Shown here: in pieces, positions 1-14,349 of the stretch | How positions within the stretch are numbered: position 1 is the first letter of the stretch | How the letters are laid out: every line of letters starts with the position of its first letter | Assembly: GCA_951406725.2 (NCBI GenBank) | Contig: OX597814.1 | Span: forward strand, 35,526,001-35,590,000 | Direction of reading: 5' to 3' | Length of the DNA: 64,000 nucleotides | From: Octopus vulgaris | Lineage: Eukaryota | The notes under the pieces: model-generated | Database searches by the model: none | Seen by the model: the letters and a program-made list of their open reading frames with translations, nothing else | Told to the model about the DNA's origin: nothing | Made by a program: the position numbers and the translations under genes

Positions 1-78
1 ATGATTTTGATCCCAGCTTCCAATTACATTTCATACTATATGTTTTCTGCTTCTAACTTATAACCTTTAAAAAAAAAG

Positions 79-435
79 GTATGTGTGTGTGTATGTATAT
101 ATATATATATATATGATATATCTGTATATATATGATATATCTGTATATATATAATATATCTATCTGTATATATATGATATATCTGTATATATATAATATA
201 TATATCTGTATATATATGATATATCTGTATATATATAATATATCTATCTGTATATATATGATATATCTGTATATATATATAATATATCTATCTGTATATA
301 TATGATATATCTGTATATATATAATATATCTATCTGTATATATATAATATATCTATCTGTATATATATAATATATCTATCTGTATATATATAATATATCT
401 ATCTATATATATAATATATCTATCTATATATATAT
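79..435. repeat. (TA)n-based minisatellite, ~20-26 bp units
   Basis: Repeated TATATATGATATATCTG / TATATATATAATATATCTATCTG units. Confidence 0.9.
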
Positions 436-451
436 CATCCTCTTTCTCCTC

Positions 452-2025
452 CTCATCATCATTTAATACTTACCTATCCAGCTCATGCTAGCATGGGTTG
501 GATGGGTAAGCATTTGACATGAGCTGCCCAGGTTCTATTTTTCAGTTTTGGCATGGTTTCTACAGCTGGATGCCCTTCCTAATTTCAACCCCTTTACAGA
601 GTGTACTGGGTACTTTAGACATGAGACTGGTATGGGCACTTTTATGTGACATCAGCAAGGGTGCTTTTATGTTGAACTGGCAGGGGAGTTTGGGATTTCT
701 TGGCTGAGAGAGGGATGTTGAGGACATACCTGTATCTATGGACAATCATGATGTTACTTAGCTTGATGCATCTCCACAAGCACAGAAAACTGCCAGAAGT
801 CTCAATCCTTTGTCATCTCAATTGTGAGGACCAAGACCCTTTTTCACCTCTTCATCCCACATCTTCCTGGGTCTACTTTTTCCACAATTGCAGACTGGCA
901 CTTCTTGATGCAAATTTCCTCATCCATACTCATCACATAACCATACTGGTGCAGTCTTCTGTCTGAAACACTATATTTATTGCCTTGTTTACACAATTTT
1001 TCTCTCAAATCTCTTGAACTCTGTTATACATGCACAGTGACATTACCCATCCAGCAGAGAACACTGGCTTCTTTTCTTTCATGCCTCCACACATCCTCAG
1101 TAGTCACAGTGCATGTTTCACTGCCATGTAGCATATCTGTTTGTATACAGGCAACATACAATCTGCCCCTCATTCTAAGAGAGGGGTCCATTGTTACTAA
1201 CAGAGGTGGTAGCTCTCTGAACTGTATTCTAGCAGCTATGTTCTCAGAACTACATCCTCCACTGCTAACTTGGTTATCATCTAATTAACAGAAATTGTTT
1301 ACTTCTTCTAAGGATCCTTCTGGACGTTTGAGGGAGCCTATTTTCTGTATATTCCTGGTGTTTAATGTACCTGCACATCTGCCACATATAAAGACTACTT
1401 TGTTAACCTTCCTGAGATACAATGACACCTCTTATATGTCCACAGCTTACACTGAGTACATTGTATGAAGTTTCTACCGACATCTTTTCTGCAAATAAAG
1501 CAGGGCCATCTTCCTGAAGGAATTTGAGATTTGTCTGTTTTCCTACTTACTAAGACTTTGGTCTTTTTCTAAATTAACTCTAAGATCCTTTGATTCCAAA
1601 CCTGAAATTTCTTCTCTAGTTCTGATAGTGATTCAGCAATAAGATCAACGCCATCAGTGTACAGGAGCTCTCAAAGGCAGCATGTCTTAAATTCCTCTGT
1701 TATGGCCCAGAGGGCTGTGATAAACAAGAGAGAACTGATAACTGATCCTCGGTGAACTCCTTTCTATTTATTAAATTCTTGCTATACTCATTGCCAATTT
1801 TCACCTTACTGACTGACTTCCTGTACATGGCTTGTACAACTCTTACTAACCACCCATCTATACCTAGCTTCCACATTGTCCACTAGGTAAAGGAGTGGGT
1901 GACCCTGTCAAAACTTTCTCCATATCAACAAAAGCCAAATACAGAGGTTTATTTGTGGCTGAGTACTCTTGCAGTTGCCTCACCAGGAAAATAGCATCAG
2001 TAGTGCTTCTTCTGGCACTAAACTA
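452..2025 (-). mobile_element. 5'-truncated, decayed RTE-clade LINE (RT C-half, 3' UTR, (ATG)n tail)
   Basis: Minus-strand fragments STTDAIFLVRQLQE, NKPLYLAFVDMEK, GVHRGSVIS, ELLYTDGVDLIAES, DLRVNLEKTKVL with frameshifts. Ends in the GGAAGGGCATCCAGCTGTAGAAA...CATGCTAGCAT...(ATG)n tail. Confidence 0.85.
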
Positions 2026-2092
2026 ATCTGCATCTCATTTCGGCTAATTCTCTTCCTATATATATATATATTATATTAACTTTATATATATA

Positions 2093-2427
2093 GGGAGATG
2101 TACTCGCATTGCAAGTGATTTGATCTGAGATCGTGTGTTGAAATGAAAACAATTGCAGTGTGGAAGGTGTTTGTAAGCCATTTAAGAAACACACAAAAGC
2201 CGTTCGATTCACTTCAACATTTAAGTTTAATTTGTCAAAATATTTTCGTTGCTAAAATCCGCGACCTGTTCACTGACAAAAATCCGTGCAGCAAGGATTT
2301 TTGTCAGTGAACAGGTCGCGGATTTTAGCAACGAAAATATTTTGACAAATTAAACTTAAATGTTGAAGTGAATCGAACGGCTTTTGTGTGTTTCTTAAAT
2401 GGCTTACAAACACCTTCCACGCTGCAA

Positions 2428-2429
<2 letters not shown>
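2093..2429. mobile_element. Foldback element in (TA)n containing a 279-bp near-perfect palindrome
   Basis: 2151-2289 is the reverse complement of 2291-2429 with 2 mismatches. Flanked by (TA)n on both sides. Confidence 0.85.
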
Positions 2430-2468
<39 letters not shown>

Positions 2469-3967
2469 ATTAGAGATTGTTGAGAGATGACAAAATATGT
2501 AGTATGTGGTTATGTTCCTTTAAAATTTAAGTTCTCATCTTGCCAAGTTTCAATTTTGCCCTTCGTCTTTCTGTAATAGATGAATAAATGTCTGGGAAGA
2601 TGTAATTCACTGTCAACTAGAAAGTTGTGAACTAAAAATACCATAGTCCAATGATTGAAATCAGTAAATGAACAAAAGAGAATACGATCTTAAATTCCCA
2701 CTTAAGATTTCAAAGAAAAAATAATTGCATTAGCTTTAAATTTCTAGTTCTTATTTTCATTTTCCCTAAATTTTTAGCTTTTGAAGGCCAAATATTCATC
2801 AAGCAGAAAAAAGAGAAATAAAATTTATCACTAGAAAACAAAGGGATTTTCTTGCACTGCAAGTGTTAACCTTCTTTTCTGAAATCTTAGAAATTCTACT
2901 AAAAATACATTAATAGCAGCAGTTTAAATTTAGCCAATTCTAAGAAAAATAAGTACATTTAAAACTATTCACAAACTGTCAGTAAAATAAACCTTTTTGC
3001 CTTCTGATGTTTTTCAGATTATGCATATTTCCTTCAATTTAATCCATTCCTTGTTCAACCACTTTGTTTTCTTTCTTGAAGAAATATAAAATTTCTGTCA
3101 ATCCATTTATTATCTAAAAGTTTGAATAATCTGTTCTGATATTAAAATTATGTTTGACAAGGTAATATTACAAGGAAATATTTAAATGTTACTTTCTGCT
3201 GAAGAATTTTAAAAGCTGGATATTTATAAGCTAGAAATAGCATTAAGCAAAGTAAATCAGATTTGCAAACGTTTTCAAACTTTCCTCAGTCATATATCAA
3301 CATTACAAGATTTTGCTAAACCTTTTTGCAATGATATGGCTAAAGATCTACATATTTAAAAGCACTATTGATATAATATAATTACCATCATATGTCTACC
3401 TACCAATATTCATACCAAAATTTTACAACAAAGCTACTTTCAAGTCTGATCTGTACTGCTAAGAAATGTGCTTTATATATATATGTTTTATATATGTGTT
3501 TGTGCATACACACAGTATGCTTGTGTGTGTGTGTGCATAAACACATATACATATATACATACATACATGCATACATACATAGGCATAAACAGTAAGTAGT
3601 TCATAAGTTGAATCTGGGAAAACTAAGATTTAAATAAAAAAAGATTTAATAAAAGAAAGAGTAAAATGAATGCAATTTTATATGAGTAAATGCTTTCCTC
3701 TTGTAGAAATACTTTGCCATTGAAGTATGTATTTCTCTAACTGTAATGTATACCACTACCACCACCACCACCACCGCCATCACCACCACCACCATTTTAA
3801 CCTCCACGTTTCCATGCTTGCTTGGAGTAGACAACAATCATTGAGGCAGGTTTTCTATGGTGAGATACCTTCTATGTTCCTAACCTTTACCTGTCCCTAT
3901 ATAAGGTAACATTCTCCTCATAGTTCAAACACAAATAGCAGAATGCCCAGACAAGATTTCATGGAAG

Positions 3968-3998
<31 letters not shown>

Positions 3999-4002
<4 letters not shown>

Positions 4003-4140
4003 TCATCATCATCATTTAGCATCTGTTGTCCATGCTGGCATGAGTTGGATGTTTTAAATAGGGCTGCTAATCTGAGGGGCTCCACTAAACTCCAGTCAGA
4101 TTTGGCATGGTTTCTACACCTAGATGCCCTTCCTAACGCC
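3999..4140 (-). mobile_element. RTE-tail repeat (family A), 3' fragment
   Basis: (CAT)n followed by the reverse complement of the family A tail (GATGCCCTTCCTAACGCC). Confidence 0.75.
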
Positions 4141-4179
4141 AAATACATGCACACACACATACACACACAAATATATATA

Positions 4180-4583
4180 TACTCTTTACTCTTTTACTGG
4201 TTTTAGTCATTTGACTGCGGTCATGCACCGCCTTTAGTCGAACAAATCGACCCCAGGACTTATTCTTTGTAAGCCTAGTACTTATTCTATCGGTCTCTTT
4301 TGCTGAACCGCTAAGTTACTTAAACAAACCAGATTCGGTTGTCAAGCTAATTTGGGGGGGGGGGACATACACAGATATACAACATATACACACACATACA
4401 TATATATATATATATACATACACATATATACGATGGGCTTCTTTCAGTTTCCATCTACCAAATCCACTCACAAGGCTTTGGTCAGCCCGAGGCTATAGTA
4501 GAAGACACTTGCCCAAGGTGCCATGCAGTGGGACTGAACCCAGAACCATGTGGTTCGTAAGTAAGCTACTTACCACACAGCCA
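4180..4583 (-). mobile_element. tRNA-derived SINE (family B)
   Basis: Reverse complement of 51882-52358: tRNA-like head, internal (TA)(CA) run, (AAGAGT)n tail. Confidence 0.85.
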
Positions 4584-5034
4584 AGATTCATTACAGCCAA
4601 TCTTACCAATCAGTTTTCCACTTGGTATTAAAACTTGATGTTAGATGAATGGCCAGTTAAGTAATGCTATTTGGTCTTCTGAGATAGCAACTATGGAAAA
4701 AACATGAGAACTGCCCTTTGATTAATATACTCACTCTATAAAGACAGCATATAATTTGACTTATGGGTTCTTAGACAGTATATATATTTTATATATACAT
4801 GTGTGTGTGTGTGCATGTCTATCTGTGTATATGTGTATGTATAAATATATGCATGTATATATAAGTGTGCCAAAACATCACTGGATGATTTGCAAAGTTC
4901 ATACAAAGTAGAAACTTATCGATAAGAATATTTTACACACTCTTCTGAAACTTAAAGTAATGAGATTCTTAGTAAAATTGTTAATACAAGTGTCTGTGTG
5001 CATGCTTCATAAATGTTGTTATACCATGTTATGT

Positions 5035-5475
5035 CTAGTGAGATTGTAGAGATGCTTAAACAGAGACGTGTTGATGTATGCTGCATACAAGAGGTGGAGA
5101 GGAGCTTCAGCCAGAGTCCTCACAGGCAAGGCACATAGGTGTAAAATCTTCTGGGAAGGTAACAGTGATGGAGTAGGGGGTGTAGGCATACTCCTTGTGG
5201 AGAAATGGGTGGATAAGGTCATAGAGGTAATCAGGGTATGTGATAGAGTGCTTAAGCTCAGGCTAGTCCTGCAGAATAGTATAGGTACAATTATCTCTGC
5301 CTATGCCCCGCAACCAGGCCTACCAAATGATCAGCAAGACCACTTTTATGACACCCTTCTATAGGCTACCTCAAACGTGAGTGGCAATGACCTCACCTCT
5401 GTGGCTGGAGATTTTAATGGGCATGTCGGATGGCAATCCAGTATCTTCCATGGTGTTCACAGGAGCCATGGAAGA
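5035..5475 (+). mobile_element. RTE LINE AP-endonuclease fragment
   Basis: ORF 5068-5364 (RWRGASAR, GVGGVGILL, IISAYAPQPG) continues out of frame into AGDFNGHVG, typical of RTE endonuclease. Confidence 0.85.
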
Positions 5476-7213
5476 AGAACCTGTACAATTTTTGGTAAAT
5501 GAAACAAATGAAATCAAAGAGACAGGCCAGTGACAACAAGCAGAGATCTTAAAAGCATTAAAAGCACATATCATATGACTGGGAATTCCTTCATCATCTG
5601 CCAATTGGATGTCATCATGATTTTGATACTGTAAAGCAGAATCACTACTTTTATTGACATTGGATCTTTCCAATCAAACCATCCTTGCAATTCAACCCCT
5701 CTTTATGACTAACTAATTATCTTCCCTTACAATGTCTGTGTAACAACAGATAGTATTGAATCTGTTCATATTTATTGTCTTTAACAATCACCTTTCTTTA
5801 CTACTACCCACCACGTTCTCTGTCTTTCTCATGTCACTCTTTATTTACATCCAACACTCTTTTTGGATGTTGACACTGTCCATATCCACTATTATCCATT
5901 ACACACACACACAAACTCTCTGTCTCTCTCTCACTTCTTCTATCTTTTCCAGTACTCTTATCATTCTCCACCTATCAACAAGTCTCTTCAATTACTTCCA
6001 TCCCTACCATCCTCTTGCACCCATCACTTTGATAATCCTGTCATATCCATGCTCTCTTTACTTTTCACTCTCTTGGAAATGTTTGCCTTGAACGAATGGA
6101 GACAACATAGAGAGGTCTCTTTAGTCTTGTAGACACCAAGGCAAACTTTCTAGTACTGGTGCCATGATGATTTGCATCCACCGCACGCCTATTGATATTT
6201 AATACTGAAGTGACAAGATTATCTTTGCAGCTATAACTCACTTCCATTGTATGCTTATTAAAAACGTATTATCTATGGAAAAGTAAGAAAATGCTGACAG
6301 GCTAAATTAAAGAATCTTTTGCTATATTAGAAAAAGCATGTAAATTTAGATAGGGATTAAGTAAGATAATTTTCCCTTTTATTTATATTTGTATGCCTGC
6401 TATTAGTTTGTTTCATATATTGAACAACTTTCATTTAGAACCACACTGCTAAAGTATTATAATTAGAGGTGTACTAGAAAAAATCTTCATTGAAAGTGGC
6501 ACCGAATAGCTACCTGCTGATATTACTCATGTATAATTAGATTATTTATTTGTAAGAGCTTTCCATTTATCTTTCAGTAGGGAAGATATTTGCTTGCATT
6601 TAAATTTAGTGATATCCAGGAAATTAAAAATTTCGATATTAATGTGGGCTATAATTCTTAGATTGGATTCACAAATAGATCTATTACATCTTATCTCCAT
6701 CTATAAAGGGTAGGGTCATTAGAGAGGTGTGATAAGATCATGAAAGCTTCATTCCAATGGGAAAATCTCCTTGCTCATAAAACACTGCTCCATTATAGCT
6801 TCACCTTGCCACTCTGAAATGCTCATTACCATTGTACTTGATGCAAAAGGAATTGTCTTGGAAAATCACAATATGTATGATTTGATATGAAAAAGTTTAT
6901 GAGAGTGCTCAAAAAGCTCAAATCAATAGACAAATTTGTGCTCCCAGTATTTCAGCTGTTCTGTACACCATCAGTTTCTCTGTCACCAGGAATAAAAGAA
7001 AATTATGTACAATTATTGTTCCAGTTTTGCTGGAATGGACTTTTATGAGTGTCTGAAAGTCAGAAAACAATGCATTCTGGAGATTATATCTATATATATA
7101 TGTTTGTGTGTCAGTGTGTGACTTGATTTTTCTTTTCAAGTGTCTCCACATATTAACTGTACTTATACATCATTGTGTGCGCATCTATGTATATATATAT
7201 ATACATATATGTA

Positions 7214-7263
<50 letters not shown>

Positions 7264-7297
7264 TACATGTGTGTTTGCCTATATATATATATGCATA

Positions 7298-7692
7298 TCT
7301 TTATATATAAAAGTAAGGTTGTGTGTCTGTCTCCTACGATTTAGATTCCTAACTACTCCCACATTTTGCGGTGCAGTTTAACCAAAACCGGGTATCTTAT
7401 AGTCGTGATTCATATCGAGCCCTTCTGGGTATTAGCGCGCGTCTACGATGAGTCTACGATTTAAAAAAAAAATTGCCATAATTTTTTTCCATTTTAATGC
7501 ATTTTTTCGCTATTAAATAAGGGAAGTAACTCTCTAAAAATGTCTACGATGAATCAACGATTTAAAAAAAAATTTACCATAATTTTTTTTCCATTTTTAA
7601 GGCATTTTTTTGATATTTTTTGGCTATAACACTATAAAAATGCTTATATAGTTATTTCCCTTACAAACCCGAGCAACGCTGGGTGATACTGC

Positions 7693-7695
<3 letters not shown>
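7298..7695 (+). mobile_element. Non-autonomous Helitron
   Basis: A|TC start, subterminal hairpin CCCGAGCAACGCTGGG, CTAG|T end. Same family as 30918-31314. Confidence 0.85.
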
Positions 7696-7732
<37 letters not shown>

Positions 7733-8892
7733 GTGTGTGTATGATGTATATACATACACGTGCTGGGATGTACAAAGGAAAAATATTTTATGCATATATG
7801 TCATCGAGTTTATTCATTCACATGAAGCTCACTCTGTCTATATATGTGTATGTATAATCATATAAATATATATATATGTAAACATCAGAGACTGTGCCTG
7901 TGTACACTAACAGAAATGCTTACAAGCAGCAATTTTTGTTATGCCAACTATACATTTTTATCAGTGTGTATTCAAACAGACTGTTCTGGTCATTATAATG
8001 CCACAAACTACAACAATACATATAAATAGATAAATGTCCAATGCAATTTAATATAAATGACTAAATGACAGTCTAGAATAGATAATGCAGAAATATGTTA
8101 AAAAGCTAGAAATCAGATAGAAATATATTGGAAAGTATAAAGAGTCAAAATGAAATTGTGTTCTAGTTAATATTTATCCAAGTTCCACTAGGATTAAATA
8201 TACAAAATCTGTGCTACAAATGATCTCTGATTGCCAGAGAGACATTATGGTCTTGAATCTAGATCTAATGCAATGTTGAACTTATGCCAGTTTCTCACTC
8301 TTGACTCTACTAGTCTTATTCATTTTTCGAAGATATTATACAGAAGCAATTTAGATGATAGATTTTGGTTCATGTTTATTCTGTGGGAAAACTATTTATG
8401 CTGTTTATCTATTCATTCTTCACACACTAAGATAATCAGCATAGTAAAACATCAGGTGTTTAAGATGTAAGTAAATATGTTCTAATGTAAATTCTGATTT
8501 TTCACAAATTTCCTGTTGACATCAAGTAGCAGAAATGGTAAATCATCACACAAAAATGCCATATGCTGTTTAGTTACGTAACATTACATTCTGAATTGGA
8601 AATTCAACTATAGGTTGACTTTGCCCTTTGTGTTTTTGGATAAATAAAATAAATACCAAATACTAACTGGGACCCAGTCAATTATTGATTTGAAAGAAAA
8701 AGTAATGTGGTTTTTGGTTTCCATGCCCTTTCTTCTATCATTATGCAGTTGAAATGGCAGGTCATTAAATTAAATGTCTTGTATTATTTATTTGTATTTA
8801 CATATTTTTATATTCTGAGGTCTAATCCCACTAGAAGCAAATTTATTGTCCATCCATCTGAGGTTGATATAACAAGTACTGATAAGCATAAA

Positions 8893-9260
8893 CATTGTTA
8901 TGTAGTTAATCAGTTTGCTTCACAATCACATGTTGTGGGTTCAGTCCAACTGTATTACACCTTGAGCAAGTATCTTCTCTTATAGCTCTGAATTGACAAA
9001 TGACTTGTGAGTGAATTTGATCGCTGGAAACTGTGTGGAAACTCATTATATATGTGTTTGTCCATCTTTATGTTTGTATCCTTTACCACTTGAGAAACAG
9101 TGTTGATTTGTTGATGTACCTGTAACATAGCAAAGTGGCAAAAAGAGACTGATATAATAAGTACTAAACTTAAAGTAAATACTGGAATTTATTTAATTGG
9201 TTAAACCTTTCAAGATGGAACCTCAGCATAACTGCAGTCCCATGACTGAAATGAGTCAAA
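8893..9260 (+). mobile_element. Old degenerate family-B-like SINE
   Basis: GGGTTCAGTCC B-box-like motif, CACCTTGAGCAAG, ...CAGTCCCATGACTGAAATGAG. Confidence 0.55.
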
Positions 9261-10247
9261 AAAATTTAAAATTCTTTGGTGCAATCAACGGCACCATTTT
9301 AACTAATTCGATATCTTTCATCAATGTTATGCCCATTTCAGAAACAATTATTGTTACAAGAGTCTCAAAATGGACTGAATTAGTAAGGAAATGGATAATC
9401 TGCAAAGATGTGACTAGTAATTATCTTATTTTACTGGTGCTGTTCTGTTTCCATGACTGCAACATTATCTCTCAGCAGCTCAGAGCTTCTGTCTGCAAAT
9501 TAAGACCAGTTTGCTGTTATTTCCTTTTAGCTCAATGTCAGACCTGATCAGGCAGCAAATACATGTTTAAAGGCATTCTAGCCATGATCCTACCATCTTG
9601 AATTTTAGAACTTGTATATCTAAGACCATGTTATTGAACGTATCTGTTATTTTTTTTAAGATTGTAGGTTTTTATCTGAGAGAAATTTAACTATTATTTC
9701 TAACTGGTCAAGAAACTTACTGGCTCCTTAAAGTGCTTCTATGTAATTCTTTGATGTTAATACAAACAACAATTGAGGGCTTGATGAATATTTTTGTCAG
9801 TTGGTGGATCTGCATTCAGTTTTTCTCTCAAGAAAATTTATTTATGAGGTAAACCAGTATCAAATCCAGAATATATATCAATGATCCTCTTATTGATATG
9901 GAAACTAGATGTATGTACCAATTCTATTGTGGTTAGTTTTAGAGATGTAATTAAATGAACTCAGAAATCAAAGAAAGTTTCCAGATTTAGCTGCCCAGAA
10001 GCTAATCTTTGCTTCAATGAGATAGCCAACAAATAAATAAATATAAAGAAGCAAAAACTTCTGTCTTGATTAGGTATGGTTTCTTTTGTCGAAGACAATT
10101 ACTGTCAAAATTTATTACATCACTCTGTGGATGGATGATCAAGTTTGTATGGTGTGAGACCATAAGTAAAGAAATTGATGGCTTGTATCTTGTCACCATA
10201 GCTATTTGGGGTGTATAACTAAGGCAGTTAATAATTAATAAATACAT

Positions 10248-10594
10248 TTGGCCGTTTGCCAGCTCTGTCTGGCCCCCGTGTTGGTGGCACGTAAAAGCAC
10301 CATCCGTTCGTGTCCATTGCCAGCCTCGCCTGGCCCCCGTGCCGGTGGCACATAAAAAGCACCATCCATTCGTGGCCGGTTGCCAGCTCTGTCTGGCACC
10401 TGTGCGGGTGGCACGTAAAAAGCACCCACTACACTCACGGAGTGGTTGGCATTAGGAAGGGCATCCAGCCGTAGAAACACTGCCAGATCTGACTGGGCCT
10501 GATGAAGCCTTCCAGCTTCACAGACCCCAGTTGAACTGTCCAACCCATGCTAGCATGGAAAACGGACGCTAAATGATGATGATAATGATGATGA
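10248..10594 (+). mobile_element. RTE-tail repeat (family A) with 3 internal ~60-bp units
   Basis: GGTGGCACGTAAAAGCACC units, GAGTGGTTGGCATTAGGAAGGGCATCCAG, (ATG)n tail. Confidence 0.85.
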
Positions 10595-11633
10595 TTTAAC
10601 ACTATGTACATATTACAGGGTAGTGAAGTGCACGTCACACTTTGCAGATATTATAGAGTAGTATAGATCACTAATACAATAAATAGAAGCAGAATTTAAG
10701 TTCTGCAATCCTGACAATGCAGTGGGAAACCACTTCACTATATTTTATTTCGGATTATTACGTAAAAATGTATTTCAGATCATTACATTAAAATCTGATC
10801 TTGGTTTATATCCAGGTCATTTCAGAAAAATTAAGGTTCTTCGATTTTCTTCATGCTTACACCATTTGTTAGTATCTATGAGAAGAGTAATTCTTGAAAA
10901 TTTTAGCCCCATAAATGTTGCTGGTCAGATTTTGTGGTCATTTAAAGTTTTAGGTAGTTTCCAAAATTTTTGAAGCATTGAATTTCTTTTATTTTAGGGG
11001 CCCGTCCTTCAAAATAGGTTAATTATCATATCTTGAAAAGGACGTTTTTTTATTCCCCACTCTCCCAAGTCTCACAGACACTAAAGATCAATTCTTTTAA
11101 TCCATGCATAGAAGGAAAAATGTCAACTTTTTAGGCAACTTAACAACAGTTGGTGAGCATCCTGTATTCTCTAATCTTACAGTAAAGTCTGAAATATTAC
11201 CAAGACACTTGAATTTACTTACTGAAAAGTCTGCTTTATTGTGGCATAGTGGGGTTGGGTAAAAAATAGGACAAAGTGAAAAATTTAGTGTTTTCTTTAA
11301 ATTTTTGAACAAGAATAATTTTTATCATTAAATCAAAACTAAATCAAAACTATATATATTCTGAAAATACACTCGATGATAAGTATAGAAATGCAAAACT
11401 ACAGCATTTAAAACTACTCTAAATATCAATTTTCATCTCCTGAAAATGGCTAAAAATAGAAAATCCCATTTTTGGAGGTAGTTCAAGCAGTGGAAATCAA
11501 TGTGCGACAATTAGAAAGACTTTCAGACCTGAAAATCCTTGGATATTGACCTCTTGATTAAACAGCAACAACAACATGATTGGCAAATGAAGACACATAC
11601 TTTTATAATAACTTTATAGATTTTATAATATCT

Positions 11634-11925
11634 TTGGCTTAGTGGTTAGGGATCTTCAGCTAATGATTGTAAGGTTGTGAGTTCGATTCCTAGCAGAATT
11701 GCGTGTCCTTGAGCAAGACACTTTATTTCATGTTGCTCTAGTCTAGTACTTGTAATTCAAAGGGCCAGCCTTTTCACTTCCTGTTCATGCTGAATCTCCC
11801 TGAGAACGATGTTAAGAGTATGCTTGTCCATGGAGTGCTCAGCCATTTGCATGTTAATCCCATGAGCAGGCTGTTCTGTTGATCAGATCAACTGGACCCT
11901 TCATTGTCAAAACTGACAAAGTGCC
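11634..11925 (+). mobile_element. Older tRNA-derived SINE (family D relative)
   Basis: TGGCTTAGTGG A box and GAGTTCGATTCC B box. 3' half matches the reverse complement of 22024-22200. Confidence 0.7.
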
Positions 11926-12375
11926 ATTTTTTATTTTTTTTTATAGATTCAGGGAGTTGAAAACAAGAAAATTTCTACTAGTCCCATTTTGATAGTTGAT
12001 GGGACAACAGTAAAAATTTTCTTAGTCTGTATTTTTCCCTCTAAAGTTGAAGAAAAATTAATAAAACAAATAAAAAGTCAGAAATAGCATGAAACAGCAG
12101 AATACAAAAGGAATCAAAAGCTATTTGCTAGCCTAACATCTAGTATTTTATCCCATGAATGTTTAGTGTGTAAAACAACCACTCGTTACTTTTTCAACTG
12201 TTTTTAAATGGCCATAAAATCTGACTGGTAACAGCTATGGAGCTAAAACTTTTAGAAATTACTCCTCTTATGGATACTAACAAATGGTGTAAATTTGAAG
12301 AAAATCTAAGAAACCTCATGACAGACCTTCATTGAATTTCACTTGAATGACCCACCCAAAGACAAGATATATATA

Positions 12376-12604
12376 TTTCTTTATTGCCCACAAGGGGCTA
12401 AACATAGAGGGGACAAACAAAGACAGACAAAGGGATTAAGTCGATTACATCGACCCCAGTGCGTAACTGGTACTTTATTTATCGACCCCGAATGGATGAA
12501 AGGCAAAGTCGACCTCGGCGGAATTTGAACTCAGAACGTAACAGCAGGCGAAATACGGCTACGCATTTCGCCCAGCATGCTAACGATTCTGCCAGCTCGC
12601 CGCC
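12376..12604 (-). mobile_element. tRNA-derived SINE (family C)
   Basis: Minus strand GGCGAGCTGGCAGAATCGTTAGC...GAGTTCAAATTCCGCCGAGGTCGACTTTGCCTTTCATCC; A-rich tail. Confidence 0.85.
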
Positions 12605-13621
12605 TAGATATATAGTCAAGATATATAGTCAAGAGATTGCTAACAGTACAAACCTTTCAGAAGCAGAAAAATTTCAATTTAAACATTTTCATTTAAGGAT
12701 GAGAAATAGGGCAGATTGTTAGCACTCCAAGCAAAATGCTTAGCAATATTTCATTTGTCTTTATCTTCTGAATTCAAATTCTTCTGAGGTCACCTTTGCC
12801 TTTCATCCATTCGAGGTTAATAAAAAAGTACCAGTTGAGCACTGGGATCAATGTGATCAACTTAATCCCACCCCTGAATTTGCTGGCCTTGTGCCAAAAG
12901 TTGAAACCAATATTGCAATATTACCTAGTTACCTTGCAACAAAATCTTATTTGTTTTTATTCTTTTATTCCAGTCATTTGACTGTGGCCATGCTGGAGCG
13001 TCACTTTAAAAGCATTACTACTACATACCACAGTGAATATAACAATAAAATCACCTTATTATAAATTCACATGCTTAATATTATTACACCATGGAGTTAA
13101 CCTAAAGCTAAAAAAAAAACTGTATGTATTTGCTGGGCCTGCTAGAAATAGCAACCAAATCCGCCCTTTCACACAACTAACTAGTTCCTTACCATCTTTC
13201 TGCTAAAATACACAGCCTTTCTTTCACTCAGTTTTGAAAATAATAAAGAAATTTAGTAAAATAACTTTGTCATTAAGCTGAAGCTGTATTTGGAACATAA
13301 ATTAACATGAGTTATTGATGGAAAGTTCCAATTTAGATCTCTGGAAAATTTAGATCTCTTTAAACCAGGAAGTTTGTGTCACAGCATCAAGATGATCTCA
13401 AATATGTTGGCAACAAAAGGTTTAAAGATTGTCTCTTTGTATAACGCCATCCACAATACCTCTGAAATGATCAGAATGCTAGCTACAGCTGCAATGCCAT
13501 TGATCATAAGATCTGGATCCAAGATTGCTTGGGGTTAAACATAGAGGAATTGATATTTTGAACTCTCTATTTCTTTAATATTCTTTCACAGTTTTTCTCA
13601 TGTGATGCTAATTTTTTTCAG

Positions 13622-13744
13622 TCTTTTGCCAAGTTTATTTCCAAAACAGAGAAATTTATAATGCCCATACCTTTCGCAGAAAACCTCTATAAAGTGTGTC
13701 TAAGCCAAAATGATTCTCAACAAACGATCGATGAAATATTTTGA
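13622..13744 (+). other. Candidate 123-nt spliced exon of an unidentified gene
   Basis: GCTAATTTTTTTCAG acceptor and GA|GTAAGT donor. The only full-length open frame, SFAKFISKTEKFIMPIPFAENLYKVCLSQNDSQQTIDEIF, ends in TGA at the donor. Confidence 0.45.
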
Positions 13745-14137
13745 GTAAGTCAAATATAAATGAATGCTGTGGCCAAATAGCAAAATACTGTGCCTACCAT
13801 AAGTTATCATGAACTCTTAAGTCTCATGTCAATAAACTAATACATTATCCTTCCATATTATAACTTTGGAATTTACAGATTACTCTTGCCAAAAACTGGG
13901 GATCAATAAGCTCAATATTTTGCTATTTTGCACTTTCTCTCTTTTTTTTTTAACATCACCATTCTTTTAGTCTCCCCACATTCTCATCTTAACATTATCT
14001 CACTAAAACTTTACCACTCTCTTCATTTTAACCACCCACATTTTCTCTATAGTGACACTGTCTCTTGCTTTTCTTCAGCATTCTTTCAGTATTAGATGTC
14101 TCATTTCCCCTATTTTTCCCTCCCACATGCCATCTTT

Positions 14138-14293
14138 ATGTATGTATGTATGTATGTATGTATGTATGTATGTATGTATGTATGTATGTATGTATGTATG
14201 TATGTACGTATGTATGAATGTATCTATCTATGTATCTAAGTATATATGTATCTATCTGTCTATCTATCTTTCCATCTATCCATCTATCCATCC

Positions 14294-14348
<55 letters not shown>
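14138..14348. repeat. Compound microsatellite (TATG)n-(TATC/CATC)n
   Basis: Direct reading. Confidence 0.95.

Positions 14349-14349
<1 letters not shown>

Noticed and set aside
2993-3113. Minus-strand segment with AG/GT boundaries
   Set aside because: Stops in all three frames.
10634-11508. Possible CAC-initiated (Transib/Chapaev-like) TIR pair
   Set aside because: Only ~9 of 11 bases match, with no TSD or transposase.
13742-13744. TGA as selenocysteine or readthrough
   Set aside because: No SECIS element identified, and readthrough would not put the next candidate exon in the EF-hand frame.
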